Shown here one piece after another: positions 36,297 to 48,589 of a stretch of 55,056 nucleotides of DNA. Under the pieces are notes generated by a model, which did no database searches, was not told the origin of the DNA, and saw only the letters and a program-made list of their open reading frames with translations. The position numbers and the translations under genes were made by a program. This DNA is from Octopus bimaculoides (taxonomy: Eukaryota). Every line of letters starts with the position of its first letter. Position 1 is the stretch's first letter. Where the stretch lies: positions 41,567,516-41,622,571 of the forward strand of contig NC_068981.1 of the NCBI RefSeq assembly GCF_001194135.2, read 5' to 3'.

Positions 36297-37876
36297 ATAT
36301 ATATATATATATATATGTTGTTACACCACACTCAGCCCTCTGATACCACCACAAACAGCCTGCAGTTTGCTAGCCCAGAAAACGATGTGTGCCAACACTC
36401 AGCAAGTCAAACTGCCTATAACAGAAGAAGCAGCAGTGAAGAAGCCAGAAAAGCCGCCAACAACAAAACAACACCGTTGCATATAGTCAAAGTAAAAATT
36501 TTTTTTTTAGAACAGAGTTCTTTGCAAAGTTCTTTTTCTTTTAAAACATTTAACGACAGGAGAGTTCTTTCATTTACCTCTGCGATGTTCACATTCCTGG
36601 TTGTGTCATTTATGCCTGCTGCAACAACTTCACAACTGTTGCTCTCTGTTTGTTTGTTTCCTCCCATCAACTCTCTCTAGCCCCATTGCATAAATGCACG
36701 TGTTCCCTGCCCATCATCTGGTCTCTCTCTGTCCCTCTTTAACTTGAGGGTTACCTGTATACATCAGGTGATGCAGCCAGAAAGACAGGTATATCACAGG
36801 TAACACAGTGCATGTTTGCCTTCGAAACTGGATTACTCTGTTGTCATTTTAAACTCTTTATGACTGTAGAGGTCAAGAGATCAAGTACCTACAGTCATAA
36901 AAAAACCATGCTTTCAGACAAGACAGTCAAAATCCTGCTGGCATGAATAACTAGAGCACCATTTCAAACCCAGCTAATGGAAAAGGGATATTTCTCAATA
37001 TCACTCCACTCTCTGTGCCATTGGACTATTTAAAAAGTTGACTGGAAGCTTGCCTAATTTTATTAAAAATGGCAATTTGCCCTCCCACTTTTCAATCTTC
37101 ACAGCATCACTCTTATGAAAAACACTGCCCTAGACTGTTAAGAAGATTAATTCACAGCCACGTGGTTTCAGGTTTGATCCTACAGCATGGCATTTTCGAA
37201 AAATGACTTTTAGTATGACCTTGAATCAATTAAATCTTTGGGTACGAAATTTGAGAGACAGAATTACATGGAGGTCTGCAGGAAGGACTGTTCTTGTTAT
37301 TAAATAGTAGACTTAATCTGTCACCCGGCCTTTGGAGAAGTATGCTGCTTTAGGTAACTAGTCTCAAGGTAACAGCCTCTTTTGCTTCCACCCGTCACTG
37401 TAGCCTTAAAAAATACACTTTTCTTTCTTTTCTGACGAAGCTATTAAAATATTAATTTTTATATTCATACTTCCTAGTGTACTTTACATGTCTTATATAT
37501 ATATATATATACGTAGAGAGAGAGAAGTTGTACTTTAGAGTATTGAACACCGAAGCCTTCAGTGGTATTCGCGCGAAGCAAAACGTTATAGGATTTATTA
37601 TTACGTCACCACAGTAATTGCGAGTACTTTAGATCAAAGGCATGGATCTTGGGCGAACATAATCAACAATCAATTCACATCACTGCCTTCAGGAAAATGA
37701 ATATCCACTATTCATCATCAATATTACAAATGTTTATAGCAGTAGATAAATATGTTGCTAAGGAACGACTGCCAGTTTTCAAGTAGCAACAAGTTAGATC
37801 TGAAAACGAATGAGATAGCCGATCAGTGTTTATGTAGCCCTAGAGTTAATTTCACTTAACCGGTTCAATTATCATT

Positions 37877-37898
37877 ATGTCTGATGCCCCACCCGAAG
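37877..37898 (+). CDS. Predicted exon 1 of a small death-domain protein (MSDAPPE)
   Basis: ATG TCT GAT GCC CCA CCC GAA G|GTAAGT: consensus donor, phase 1, downstream of a CpG-retaining region (37550-37860). The phase matches the 47802 exon. Confidence 0.6.
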
Positions 37899-39047
37899 GT
37901 AAGTACTTTCTAATTCGTTTGTTATGTCGTGTAATTGATTTTCTTTTTATTAAACAATAGATTATGCCTATATTACTAACTCAGATATAACGTTTCGTAA
38001 AAAAAAAAAAAAATCATGTTACAGAAGTATTTGTGAGTAATGGATTTCTCTGAAAATAATTTCGTTTATTTTTTAACCAAATAAAATAACCTAAGTAATA
38101 ATTTTCGATCCTAATTGGCGTGCTGGGATCTAATCAGATAAATGCATTCAGTTATTAAATATACTTTCTTAGAGATGTGGGTGTTTTAAATTAAGAAGTG
38201 ATACAAATTTTACTAATATCGAGGCTGGATGATACGAAAACAAACGCTTGTTAACAAATAAATGAGTCAGAGTGTTATGCAAATAGGACAAATATGCTTT
38301 TATTGCTGTGTTTGGAGGGAATTTTGATTCGCGAGTCTGATCAAATTGAGAAGTTTAGTTACAAATGAATAGTCGATTATTTTCTACTGTTATCGGAAAT
38401 GCGTTTGCAAAATAAACTAATTTTTCAGAACAATTAACTCAATCAAAATGAACGTATTGAAATAATTTTTATAGCGTTAGATATAATTCTTATGATTTCC
38501 GACACGAGTCTTGTTTCAACCTCCGCGCGATTTATTGATAATGGTGTGCCTTGAAAGTTAAAACTTTTAGTTTCTCTTTCGTGAAGGTGAAATAATTTCA
38601 TCAAATAAACCTCTGTCAGAGCCGTAATTATTATTGTGTGTGTATCTTTTTACCAGTTTCAGTCATTGGAATGTGGTCATGCTGGAGCACCACCTATTTT
38701 ATGTTTTGCTTGCTTGGAATTATGATGCGTGTTGTAGAAGAATTAAAGTTAGGTCTTTCATTGCAGAATTTTCTAAATCGAAAACATAAACAACCACTAT
38801 TTTACTTCACAACGGAGTTTCATAAAATAAATGGGGAAAACAAGCAAACAGGCCTACCAAAATCAGAAAGTGAAACTGATGTAAACTGATGCATTACCAT
38901 ACTTTGTGCTCTGTCATTTTATAAGATTTTACTGGCAAATTTTAAAATAAACAAAAACATTTACATGAAAGAAAATTACCGGAGAATTTTCATCTAATTC
39001 TTCCAAATCTTTCTGTTAAAACTGTATTGAAACCATTCGTGGGGAAC

Positions 39048-39403
39048 TTTTTTTTTTTTTTAATTACAACAACTGGTCGCACACCACAAGGTTTAACTGA
39101 ACCTACTGAAGCAAGCCAGCACACTCGCAGCATTACCACGGGCGATGGCGAGGCATCTCCTGACACCTCGGTGAGGCGAGCTGACAACGTTGACAAGAAC
39201 TTCGCGGTTAGTGGCCAATCGCCTCCGAACGTCTCAAACGTCACAGGTTGGCTGGGATAGTTCACTATCAGGTCCCGATACTTCAGGGTTTTTTCCATTT
39301 GGCTACGGAAGCTGTGACCCTCTCCCCCCCCCATTAACTGCAGCATCCAGGATTTGAGAGGAAGGAAGCAAAGGACTTTCAAACTGTGACATCCCAAATG
39401 AGG
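39048..39403 (-). mobile_element. 3' end of a CRE/NeSL-like non-LTR retrotransposon with poly(A) tail
   Basis: Frameshifted minus-strand motifs LIWDVTV, KYRDL, ETFG, FLSTLSARLTEVSGD and LAIARGNAASVLAC (restriction-like endonuclease C-terminus); A14 tail at 39061-39048. Confidence 0.75.
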
Positions 39404-39540
39404 CACTAGCGTAGGGGTGGGGTGGGTCGGTAGGAGCAATCCGCCCCGAGTGACACTTTTAAAGGGGCACCACTTTTGGGTCTGTTGTAGGCAATATGTG
39501 CTTTTTTGGAAGGGCGGCACATACTCTAGCTGCGCTAGTG
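39404..39540. mobile_element. hAT-type MITE, sister of 5890-6042
   Basis: CACTAGCGTAG ... CTAGCTGCGCTAGTG termini; shared core tttgggtct...gtaggcaatatgtg; flanks AAATGAGG/GACAGAGG are only a partial TSD. Confidence 0.75.
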
Positions 39541-40999
39541 GACAGAGGTGGGGGTCTGGTCTCAGCTTTAATTGTACTTTTGCAGTAAAGCCTAAAAGCG
39601 GATGGCCAAAATATTTTCCCCAACAAAAATTATTTCAAACCCTCCCTTGTTAAATTAATTAGTTTAGAAAGATTTTTTGATTATTTTATTTGTAAACTCT
39701 GTTAGTGTTAAATGACAACAGAAAAATAGAAGTCTATCAGTATATTTAGGCAACGTCAAATGGTGTAGAAATCAATGCCTTTTCCATTTTTTAAAAACCA
39801 AATATATTACTTTAATATTTTGCTAATAAAGTTCACCAATAAACAAAGTTATTCTGGTGAATTTTGTTTCATTTCTTTTTATTGTTGTTTGAGTTTATAA
39901 AACTTAAACAAAGAAGAAATAAGTTATTAAAAATATTTGCTTAAAACGTAAACAAAAATAAGCATATGATCACTTAAATAAAAATACTGTAAAAACTAAA
40001 TCTTCTGAAAGAAATATTAAGCATGACTCTTCGAGATCCTATTAAAGCAATATCAATGTACTCAATTTAGCTTACAGGCACCGGCGATCAGTAACTTTTT
40101 CTATTCAAAATAGATTGTGTGTGTTATAATCTCACCACCCCCACCCATTAACTAAATCCTTGGTGGGTATTAATTCAGTATTAGGATCAAAATATCTATC
40201 TTCGCTGAAATGAAACGCTTTCAACTGGAAATCGAAAGTAAATCGTTGATTTAATTTACCAATAATTTGACAACTCCAATTTGATCCTGTGCTGAAGCAT
40301 GTTCGTTGTTGCTTTAGTGTTACACTTATGTATTCTCCAAACCGGTTAATCAACTATTCTTTCTACTTCACACATTCAATATCATATTCGTACATACAAT
40401 ACATAATTTTAAAAGATATTTCATTTATTTAATAAAACTATGCTCCAAAGTTTCAGTAAACCGGGATACGTTTAACATTCATTTTCTATATTGACAAAAG
40501 GTTTCAGATTTAGAATGGAAAAGTGAAATCATGTAATGGATATGGTTTTCTCTTTGTGATTTGGATTTTTTTTTATCCCGAATGAAGAAGAATAATAACT
40601 CGACTTTTTTGACAAAACCCTCCGAGAGCTGAAACAGAAAGAAAGGAAAAAATCTTGATACCTTCAGACGCGAAATCTGGTCCGAATGGTTTGACAAAAT
40701 GAATTCTGCTAAAGGCATCTAAGAGCCAAATAGTGGTGTTAAACTAGGCAATGGACTAAGTCTGCCGCCTTAAAACAGGTACAGTTCACCCAACGAACTT
40801 TCGCACAGTTTGCATCCACCAAATTTCACTCATAAAGCTTAGTTTCGCCCGGGGCTATGATAGATGCCGCTGAGTAAGATCGAACTCTTAACCGTACCAC
40901 CATTCCTGGTAGATGAAGAGCAAAATTGCAGCCAGTTATTGAAACCAAATAACTATGGTCTACAATAATTCAATAACATTCGCTCTAATTTGTTAATTC

Positions 41000-41220
41000 T
41001 AATATTGGTATCAAATTTTGGCACAAGGCCAGCAATTTCGGGGAAGTGGGTTAGTCGATTACATCGAGCCCAGTGTTCAACTGAAACTTATTTTATCGAC
41101 TTCGAAAGTATGAAAGGCAAAGTCAACCTCAGTGGAATTTGAACTCAGAACGTAAAGACGGACGAAATACCGCTAAGTATTTTACCCGTCATGCTAACGA
41201 TTCTACCAGTCCGCCACCCT
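41000..41220 (-). mobile_element. SINE family A copy
   Basis: tttggcacaaggccagcaattt...gaaaggcaaagtcaacctcagtggaatttgaactcagaacg...gctaacgattctaccag. Confidence 0.85.
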
Positions 41221-41789
41221 TCTTAGTTTGTGTATTGTTTATACATCGGGTTGCGGATTTTGGTAAAGAAATGAAAGTCTATCATATTCATGGCTCAAGA
41301 CAATTTGCAGTATAAGTGATGTGAAAGATGAAACTAGGACTAGGAACTGAAACCAAAGTTTATCTCAGAGATCATTACTATTATGTTAAAATAGGGTTCA
41401 ATATTTCTTAAATTACAAGTTGTAACGTTCGTACTGTTCGAAAACTATTGGCAGCATGAATGTAGTAAAAGTGACTCATTAGCTTATCTCAAAGTTATCT
41501 CGTGCACTATAGTGCTGAACAATAAATGTTTAATTCCACTCAGTCCTGATCGTGAAAACGACTTTTGATCAAAAGCTTTACAGACATTACCGTTCTTTTT
41601 TTTTTTCTTTCTTTCTTTGTCAGACATTGTGTATTTCGGACTACATTCCCTAGTCTCCACACTTGTTTTAGACAATAAAGTGTGACTTGAAGGAGATTTG
41701 ACCATCATTTCGAGTAGGTTACGTGGCTATGTAGAAGATCCTTCGCTGGCTAGGTTCAACAGTATGCTTTGTATATATTGGATTGTCAG

Positions 41790-41990
41790 GTAAATTCGTT
41801 CGGTTTTATTCCATGAAGTCCTTATTTTTCATCAATATTTTAACAAATCAGTCGATAAAATATTCTCCTTCATTGTTCACGATTTCTTGTCAGGGAACAA
41901 TGAAGGAGAATATTTTTATGATGTGTTGAAACTGTTGACGAAAAATAAGTATTAAAATAAACGTGAGATAAAAAGCGAACGAATTTATCG
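41790..41990. mobile_element. Fold-back MITE-like element of about 200 bp
   Basis: Nested inverted arms: taaattcgttcg/cgaacgaattta, cttatttttcatcaa/ttgacgaaaaataag, and a perfect 22-bp core 41857-41878/41895-41916. Confidence 0.75.
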
Positions 41991-42469
41991 AGCACACCTA
42001 GCTCAGGAGTGTTTCCAGCGTGGTCGACCCATCTTTTTGAATATCAGACTACATTGCCTTTTGCTTATATTTTTTATGAGAGAGTGTCATTTGAGGGAAA
42101 TGAGGTTATTGCTTATGACAAGTCAGTGATTTTTAACATTGGCATACGAAAACCCATTTGTAGCGAAGGGATATAGATTAATTGAATCGAGCCTATTGCA
42201 CATCCAAGGAGAATGAAAAGAAAAGTTGACCCCGGCAGAATGTGTAGAGACGAATCTAACATCTGTTCTTTTTTACAAGACTACTAACATATAAATAATG
42301 AAGGAGGTGTATAGTTCATTGAACTGATACTTGTTATAGTTATTTTATCATTCTCGGAAAGATAAAATTTGAATATCAAACAAAGGTAACAAAACACCAT
42401 ATGACATTTTGTCCGGCGCTTTACCGATTCAGCGATTTGCCGCACTTTATGAGATTAAGTATTTATTTC

Positions 42470-42785
42470 CTTATTGCCCACGGGGGCTAAACATAGAGGG
42501 GATCTGTTTGAAAGTCTTTCGGTACCAAAAACACTACATAAAACATAAATGAAAACTGGTGCCCCCGTTTTGAAATAGATCCCATAGAGGGGACAAATAA
42601 GGACACACAAAGGGATTAAGTCGATTACATTGACCTCAGTACGTAACTGGTACTTATTTAATCGATCCCAAAGGTTGAAAGGCGAAGTCGACCTCGGCGG
42701 AATTTGAACTCGGAACGTAACAGCAGACGAAATACCGCTAAGCATTTCACCCGACGTGCTAACGATTCTGCCAGCTCGCCACCCT
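42470..42785 (-). mobile_element. SINE family A, near full-length reference copy
   Basis: Minus strand begins GGTGGCGAGCTGGCAGAATCG (A-box-like), has GTTCAAATTCC (B box), then GCCTTTCAACCTTTGGGATCGATTAAATAAGTACCAG central domain. Confidence 0.88.
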
Positions 42786-44104
42786 CTTTATGTGATTTAA
42801 GTATTATTCATTACCGACTTCTTTTCGCAATTCTGTTATCACGTTGGTAAAAATGCTATATAAAGATAATTTAAATTGATGTTAATGTATCAGAAAATTC
42901 GAATANNNNNNNNNNNNNNNNNNNNNNNNNNNNNNNNNNNNNNNNNNNNNNNNNNNNNNNNNNNNNNNNNNNNNNNNNNNNNNNNNNNNNNNNNNNNNNN
43001 NNNNNNNNNNNNNNNNNNNNNNNNNNNNNNNNNNNNNNNNNNNNNNNNNNNNNNNNNNNNNNNNNNNNNNNNNNNNNNNNNNNNNNNNNNNNNNNNNNNN
43101 NNNNNNNNNNNNNNNNNNNNNNNNNNNNNNAAATCGGCATTTTGAAATTACCCCCTCCCCCTAATTTCTTTATTTTTAACTTTTATCAGAAATTTTTTTT
43201 TTTTTCAAAATATGCGGAAAAATACGAAGATTATGATTCTGAAAAAATTCCAAAAATTGTTGTAGTTAGGCTTGGGGTTTTAGGGTTAAGGTTACGGGTA
43301 GGGTTAGTGAAAAAAAAAATGAAGAAATTGGGTGGGGATGGGGGCAAAAATTTCAAAATCCCGATTTTTGGCAATTTTCCGGAATTGCCGTATCCGAAAA
43401 CGGGGTTTTTTGGCAAAATAATAATTTGCGAGAAAATGGGGGGAGGAAGAAGTCTTTCCTTTTTTTCTAATCAATAGAAAAGAACAACAATATGAAATCT
43501 AACGGATAAACCGTTATTCATTGGGGTTTGGTTTAGAAGTAGCGTGCGTTAATAAAATGGAAAGCAGACAATATTTGAATACTTAACTTTCTCGATAAAA
43601 CGCGAAGAAAGGAACTTTTTGAATATCGCCCAAATGCGCCGTACTTCAGATAATCATAGTGATTCGGATCTAGGTTAGTACTGACACATCTTTTAATTTT
43701 GAACAGTAGGGACAAAGACTAAATAAATAATCCTCTAGATGCCTTTGACAGAATTAGAGACAAAAACACACTCAAATTTCTAGTCATGATTATTGCTTAA
43801 TTTCCACGAAGATTACCCTATCTATCTAAAACACAAATAGCTAGATCCTACGAACACTCCTGCAGATTTCGTTGCCATTTTCGATTAATGTATGGATATT
43901 CTCTGGCCTGCAAAATCATGAACACTGCCATTTCTTCTTTAAGTTTGGAGTTCCGAATTCAAATATTTTATAATTGAAGTCAGAACTCCAAACTTAACGG
44001 AATTTAACCACAATTTATTTATGTTTTTAGGTACAATTTAATGGTTTTCATAAATATTTAAATATGCCCATAATTTAGGGCATTGGACAAAGTGTCAATA
44101 GTCT

Positions 44105-44200
44105 TCAGTTAACGTTCTGAGTTCAAATTCCCACTGAGGTCAATTTTGCTCTCCTTCCGGAGTTGATAAAATAAAGTATCAGTTAAGTACGACGGTTGAT
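44105..44200 (+). mobile_element. SINE family A fragment, inverted relative to its neighbour
   Basis: acgttctgagttcaaattcccactgaggtc...gataaaataaagtatcag. Confidence 0.75.
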
Positions 44201-44254
44201 TTAATATTCCTAAAATACATCTTATATATGAATGAAATTGTTTTATAATTTTGG

Positions 44255-44410
44255 CATAAAGCCTGCAGCTTTAAAAGAAAGAGATTAGTCGATACGTTTG
44301 ATCCTAGTATTTGATTGGTACTTTATTTTATCGACCCCGAAAGGATGAAAGGCAGAGCCGACCCCGGCGGGTTTCTCAGAACATAAAGAACTAGATCGAC
44401 CCGGCTAACG
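44255..44410 (-). mobile_element. SINE family A copy
   Basis: ggtactttattttatcgaccccgaaaggatgaaaggcagagccgacccc. Confidence 0.8.
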
Positions 44411-45769
44411 AATAATAATTATATGAGAATATATTTAATCAATAACTGAGTCCTACAAATTATATTTTGTTTCGCATACATTTTGAATAATAAAAAGTTG
44501 CTAAAATATATTTTAGCGGCGTAAAATCTTCAGTGTTAGCTTTCTTAAACCCCAGCATGTTTTCAATATAAGAAAACGAAGTATATTAAAATGGTTGCAA
44601 TGATTATGTGTTATTTTATTCGGAGAGCAATAACAATGGGCTTCAAATATGAAATCTGACCGTAAACAATAATTTGAAAGATGAGATTAAAGATTTTAAC
44701 GCAACGAAATATGTTACCCCCAAAGTAATGCCGTTTCTACAACAAAATAATAACTAAAAGAAATAGCTGATTCAGAATGTAACTCATAAGATATAATGGG
44801 AAGAAAAATTCATTTTATAGTAGTAACATGTTTAGCCTCAAAATCGAACACACTATGATCAAAATCATTTTAGCAATGACCATCCTATTTATTTATATAA
44901 TTTTTTTTCAAATATATATCGCAGAACATATTCATTATGCCTTTCCTTTATTGACACAGTAAGGTGTCTGAGATAAGTTTCTTGCAGTTCGAACAATTTC
45001 ATAGGAGTTCTTTCATTGGCTTGAATCCATGAGCGAAAAAAAGCGCCTTTTATACACACACACACACACACAACTATAATTTAGGTAAATTTTTACTGTT
45101 ATCATTTTTTTCTATTACACCCGTCTCGTGAAACGGATGTAACAGAAAACAAATTATGTTATATTCCTGCATCATTTAAATACTATCCTGAGGTTTAAAT
45201 GACTGCAGATCTAACCCCCCAAGACACACATACACCCATATTAGATCATGCAGGTTTTTGACAAACATTGTTGTTCTTTATCATCTTTTGTTTCCTCTTA
45301 TCAGTTTTGCTGAATGTTGCTAAGTATATTTCATACCATTTATCTCCCTTGCTTGCTGTTTTTTAGATTTTAAACACCTTGTGCATGGATAATCAATTGA
45401 TCGAGGTTTTTCAACTTTGGACTAAATTTGAAGATTTTTTTTTATGTCTTCTTTTTCGGGAACAGCTTTATGTATTGGTGAACAATCAATGGCATTGGGG
45501 AGTATAAAGATTAAAATTGGAGTTTAGAAAAAAATTAGCTGACTGGAAGTTATCTGAATATTGGATAAGAGCTACCTGTTTCATTATGATTCACGCCAGG
45601 TATCAACATGCTGACATAAGGACTGCTGCTCTGTGCTCTGTGAACAATGTAAAGGCTGTAATATGTGACATGGATAGCTGCATCAAAGACTATGAAGCTG
45701 TGGCCAGCAAGAAGGAATACAGCAGGTGTTCTGACTGCATTATACCACCCCACATCTTTGAATAGGGCC

Positions 45770-46275
45770 TTAGACTCATTTTAGACAGTTATGTGAAGCT
45801 GTTGGAGACTATGGTCAAACCCTGTTTGGAGAGGGTTTCTTCTGGAAGGTGATATGTGTAGCAGCAGGATTTGGCTCCCTGCCATACCACCAGAGTCAGA
45901 AGTGGTTGTTGAAGAATTTCTATGACTTTACCAGTCCCAATTTCTGGCTGCCTAATTCCCCCGATTGTAATCCCATGGATTACTGTATGTGGGGTGCTGT
46001 TGAGAAAGGCACTAATCACTCTACCTGCAACCCCAAGGTCAAGGAGGTGTTCGAAGATCTTCCCAGGGACATAGTGAGAAACACAGGTGCCAGGTTACGG
46101 AGCAATCTTGAGGCCATGGTGGAAGCTGAAGGTAGTTACTTTAAGTGAACTGTTATTCCCTAGACATAATCTAGTTGATATTTTTTCAATTTCATAAAAT
46201 ACTTTTATTTTTGTATGGGATATTGTGTTATCTTTTCATTTTATGCAACCTGTCAAATTTAGCCTGAACACGCAG
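45770..46275 (+). mobile_element. Tc1/mariner (maT/DD37D-like) 3' fragment with right terminus
   Basis: YVKLLETMVKPCL...QQDLAPCH then FWLPNSPDCNPMDYCMWGAVE...LEAMVEAEGSYF; ends ...aatttagcctgaacacgcag|TA. Confidence 0.8.
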
Positions 46276-46449
46276 TAACATTAATACAATGGTATTTCGT
46301 ATGTAAAACATGATCCCCTGAGTTATTTTCCCTCAGTTTTCCTATTGTATTCACTATACCACTCATTACTTTATGAATATAGCCATACTACATAAACCTC
46401 CAGTTCTCGCTAACTGCCACCCAATATATCTTTTTTAACCTAATCGTGG

Positions 46450-46825
46450 TCATTGGCGATGCCATGTAAAGGGCACCCGTGAGTCGTAGTCATTGCCTGT
46501 GCCATGCAAATGGTACCCATATATCGTTGTGGTTACTGCCGGTGCTGTGTAACTGACACCCATGCATCTTAGTTGTGGTCGTTGGTGATGCCATGTAAAA
46601 GGCACCACCTGTAAATTGTCATGGTTTTTGTCAGTGTCATGTAAACGACACCCATGCCGGTGGCACATAAAAGCACCATTCCTGGAATGGTTGGCATTAG
46701 GAAGGGCATTCAGCTGTAGGAACCATGCCAAATCAGACTGGAACCTGGTGCAGCTTTCCAGCTCATCAGCTCCAGTCAAACCATCTAACCTGTACCAGCA
46801 TGGACAGCAAACGGTAGATGATGAT
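46450..46825 (+). mobile_element. SINE family C copy with internal tandem repeats of about 41 bp
   Basis: Repeated gccatgtaaa(g)ggcacc units, then ccggtggcacataaaagcacc...ggttggcattaggaagggcattcagctgtag...gatgatgatg. Confidence 0.75.
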
Positions 46826-47801
46826 GCTGAAGCTAACCAATCACAACAGAATAGCCACTTAATTTAATATACTATGTCTTTACTTATATCTTTCTTCTAA
46901 AGTAGAGGTAAGAAGTATTTTAGTAACCCTCAGATGGGAGGGTCTGAATGGTTACAACAGAATAAATTCTACTAAAGGCTTTTAAGAGCCAAGCAGTGGT
47001 ATTATACTGGTAAAAGATTTAGTATACCACCCTATAAAACAAATACAGTGCATCTGACAAGCTTTGACACAGTTTAAATCTACAAAATTTCTAAAACAAC
47101 ATTAACTTCAGACACAATTCCAGTGAGGTCATTTGTATGTTCACCTACTTAAAGTTACATGAAGATCTTCATACTCAATATTACTATAAACAGGCAAAAT
47201 CTCATTTAACTATGCTAAAGAAAAACAAAGAATTAATCATTTATACTTGTAACCTATACTAACAAAACACAGTTAGAGAATATGAGTGGCTCAATATTAA
47301 TTTGTTAATTGACTTTCTAGTTGTTTATTCAGCCAACCTTGTGTGTGTTTCAAGTACATCTGGACATAAGTTGGCTATGGACTTAATATGACAAGGACTG
47401 GTGAATCTCACAAGAGTTTGAGCCCTTGATTATAGGAATCAGCAAACTAATTGTTTAACTGATGACTGCCAAACAGATAATGATAACCTACTCTACCGAG
47501 TAGGGTAGCATTGAATGAGGAGACACTCAACAAGGTTGAAACGCAAAGGTGTCTCAAAATTCCTACACACTGGTGAACTGCATATTTTACAAACACACAT
47601 TGTCTAAAGAGAGGTATTCTCTGATGATGGAAATCAACAGCAATCAGATATCCATGTTTGAGTCTGCTAGAATATATTAAGAATGAACAATAAGAACATT
47701 TAGCTAAAATGAGATAGATAGTATTAGAGTAAGTACTCATGGACAAATTGAAAAGGATGTTAATTACTAACAATTTGGCTTTTTTCTTCTATATTTTGCA
47801 G

Positions 47802-48181
47802 AACTACCTACTATTGACAGAGCTTCTGTTATAAGTGAAAAAAGCTTAACACTGATAGCAAAACATATTAATAGCGGCTTGTCTGTAATTCGCTTAGGAA
47901 TGATGTTAAATATTCCCAACACAGTTGTGTTACATTATCTGATGAGTATATGCGGAAAGTATGGTTTAAGAGATGCAACTGAGAAAGAAGTTCATCAATT
48001 GGGAACAAACTTACTTATTTATTGGCTCCGTATGAAAGAAAACAGCAAACCTAAAGAGAAAGCATCCCTTCTTACAACAGCTCTGGCTGAATGCAGCCTC
48101 GAAGGAATTGCAAGTGTTGTCCTTGAGAACTACAATAACCATACAGAAATAACTGAAGAACAGTTTTCTAGGTATCAATAA
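47802..48181 (+). CDS. Death-domain-like terminal exon
   Basis: Acceptor ttcttctatattttgcag|; stop-free frame LPTIDRASVISEKSLTLIAKHINSGLSVIRLGMMLNIPNTVVLHYL...EVHQLGTNLLIYWLRMK...KEKASLLTTALAECSLEGIASVVLENYNNHTEITEEQFSRYQ*. Six amphipathic helices with the L..IA, RLG..L.I, LL..W, L..AL pattern. Confidence 0.82.
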
Positions 48182-48589
48182 ATATTTAGCATTCGCTTAC
48201 AATAGTTGATTGCTTTTAATTATTTTACAGTTCTTAAAAATTATGCCATTTTGATTTGTAATTTTCCATTCTTTTATATTTTACAAATATAAAAGTTTTA
48301 ACATTCTAATAATTGGTCACCCTTCATTCACTGTGCTACAATACCATATAGTTTATGATACTTTGGGTAATTATTCAACCAGTTGACCCAATCTGTTTCT
48401 CTCCTGTATAGCACTTATGAAAGCATTTATTTTGTTGCCCTCAGAGGAAGTAAAAATGGCAAGTCAAACTGTTGTAAACAGAAACTACTGAGACAGTTAC
48501 CATAAGGTATTTTTGTTCAATACAATTTTCATTGCCTAGGGTGAAACGGTTTATATCAGTCTGTGAAAATTCACTCGGATCTGAAAAGT

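Noticed and set aside
42700-42785. tRNA gene
   Set aside because: A/B-box-like head runs straight into a SINE body repeated more than ten times in the window; no complete cloverleaf.
36126-47802. RPAP1 exon 1 spliced to the death-domain exon as a fusion
   Set aside because: Donor is phase 2 and the acceptor needs phase 1, so the join is out of frame.
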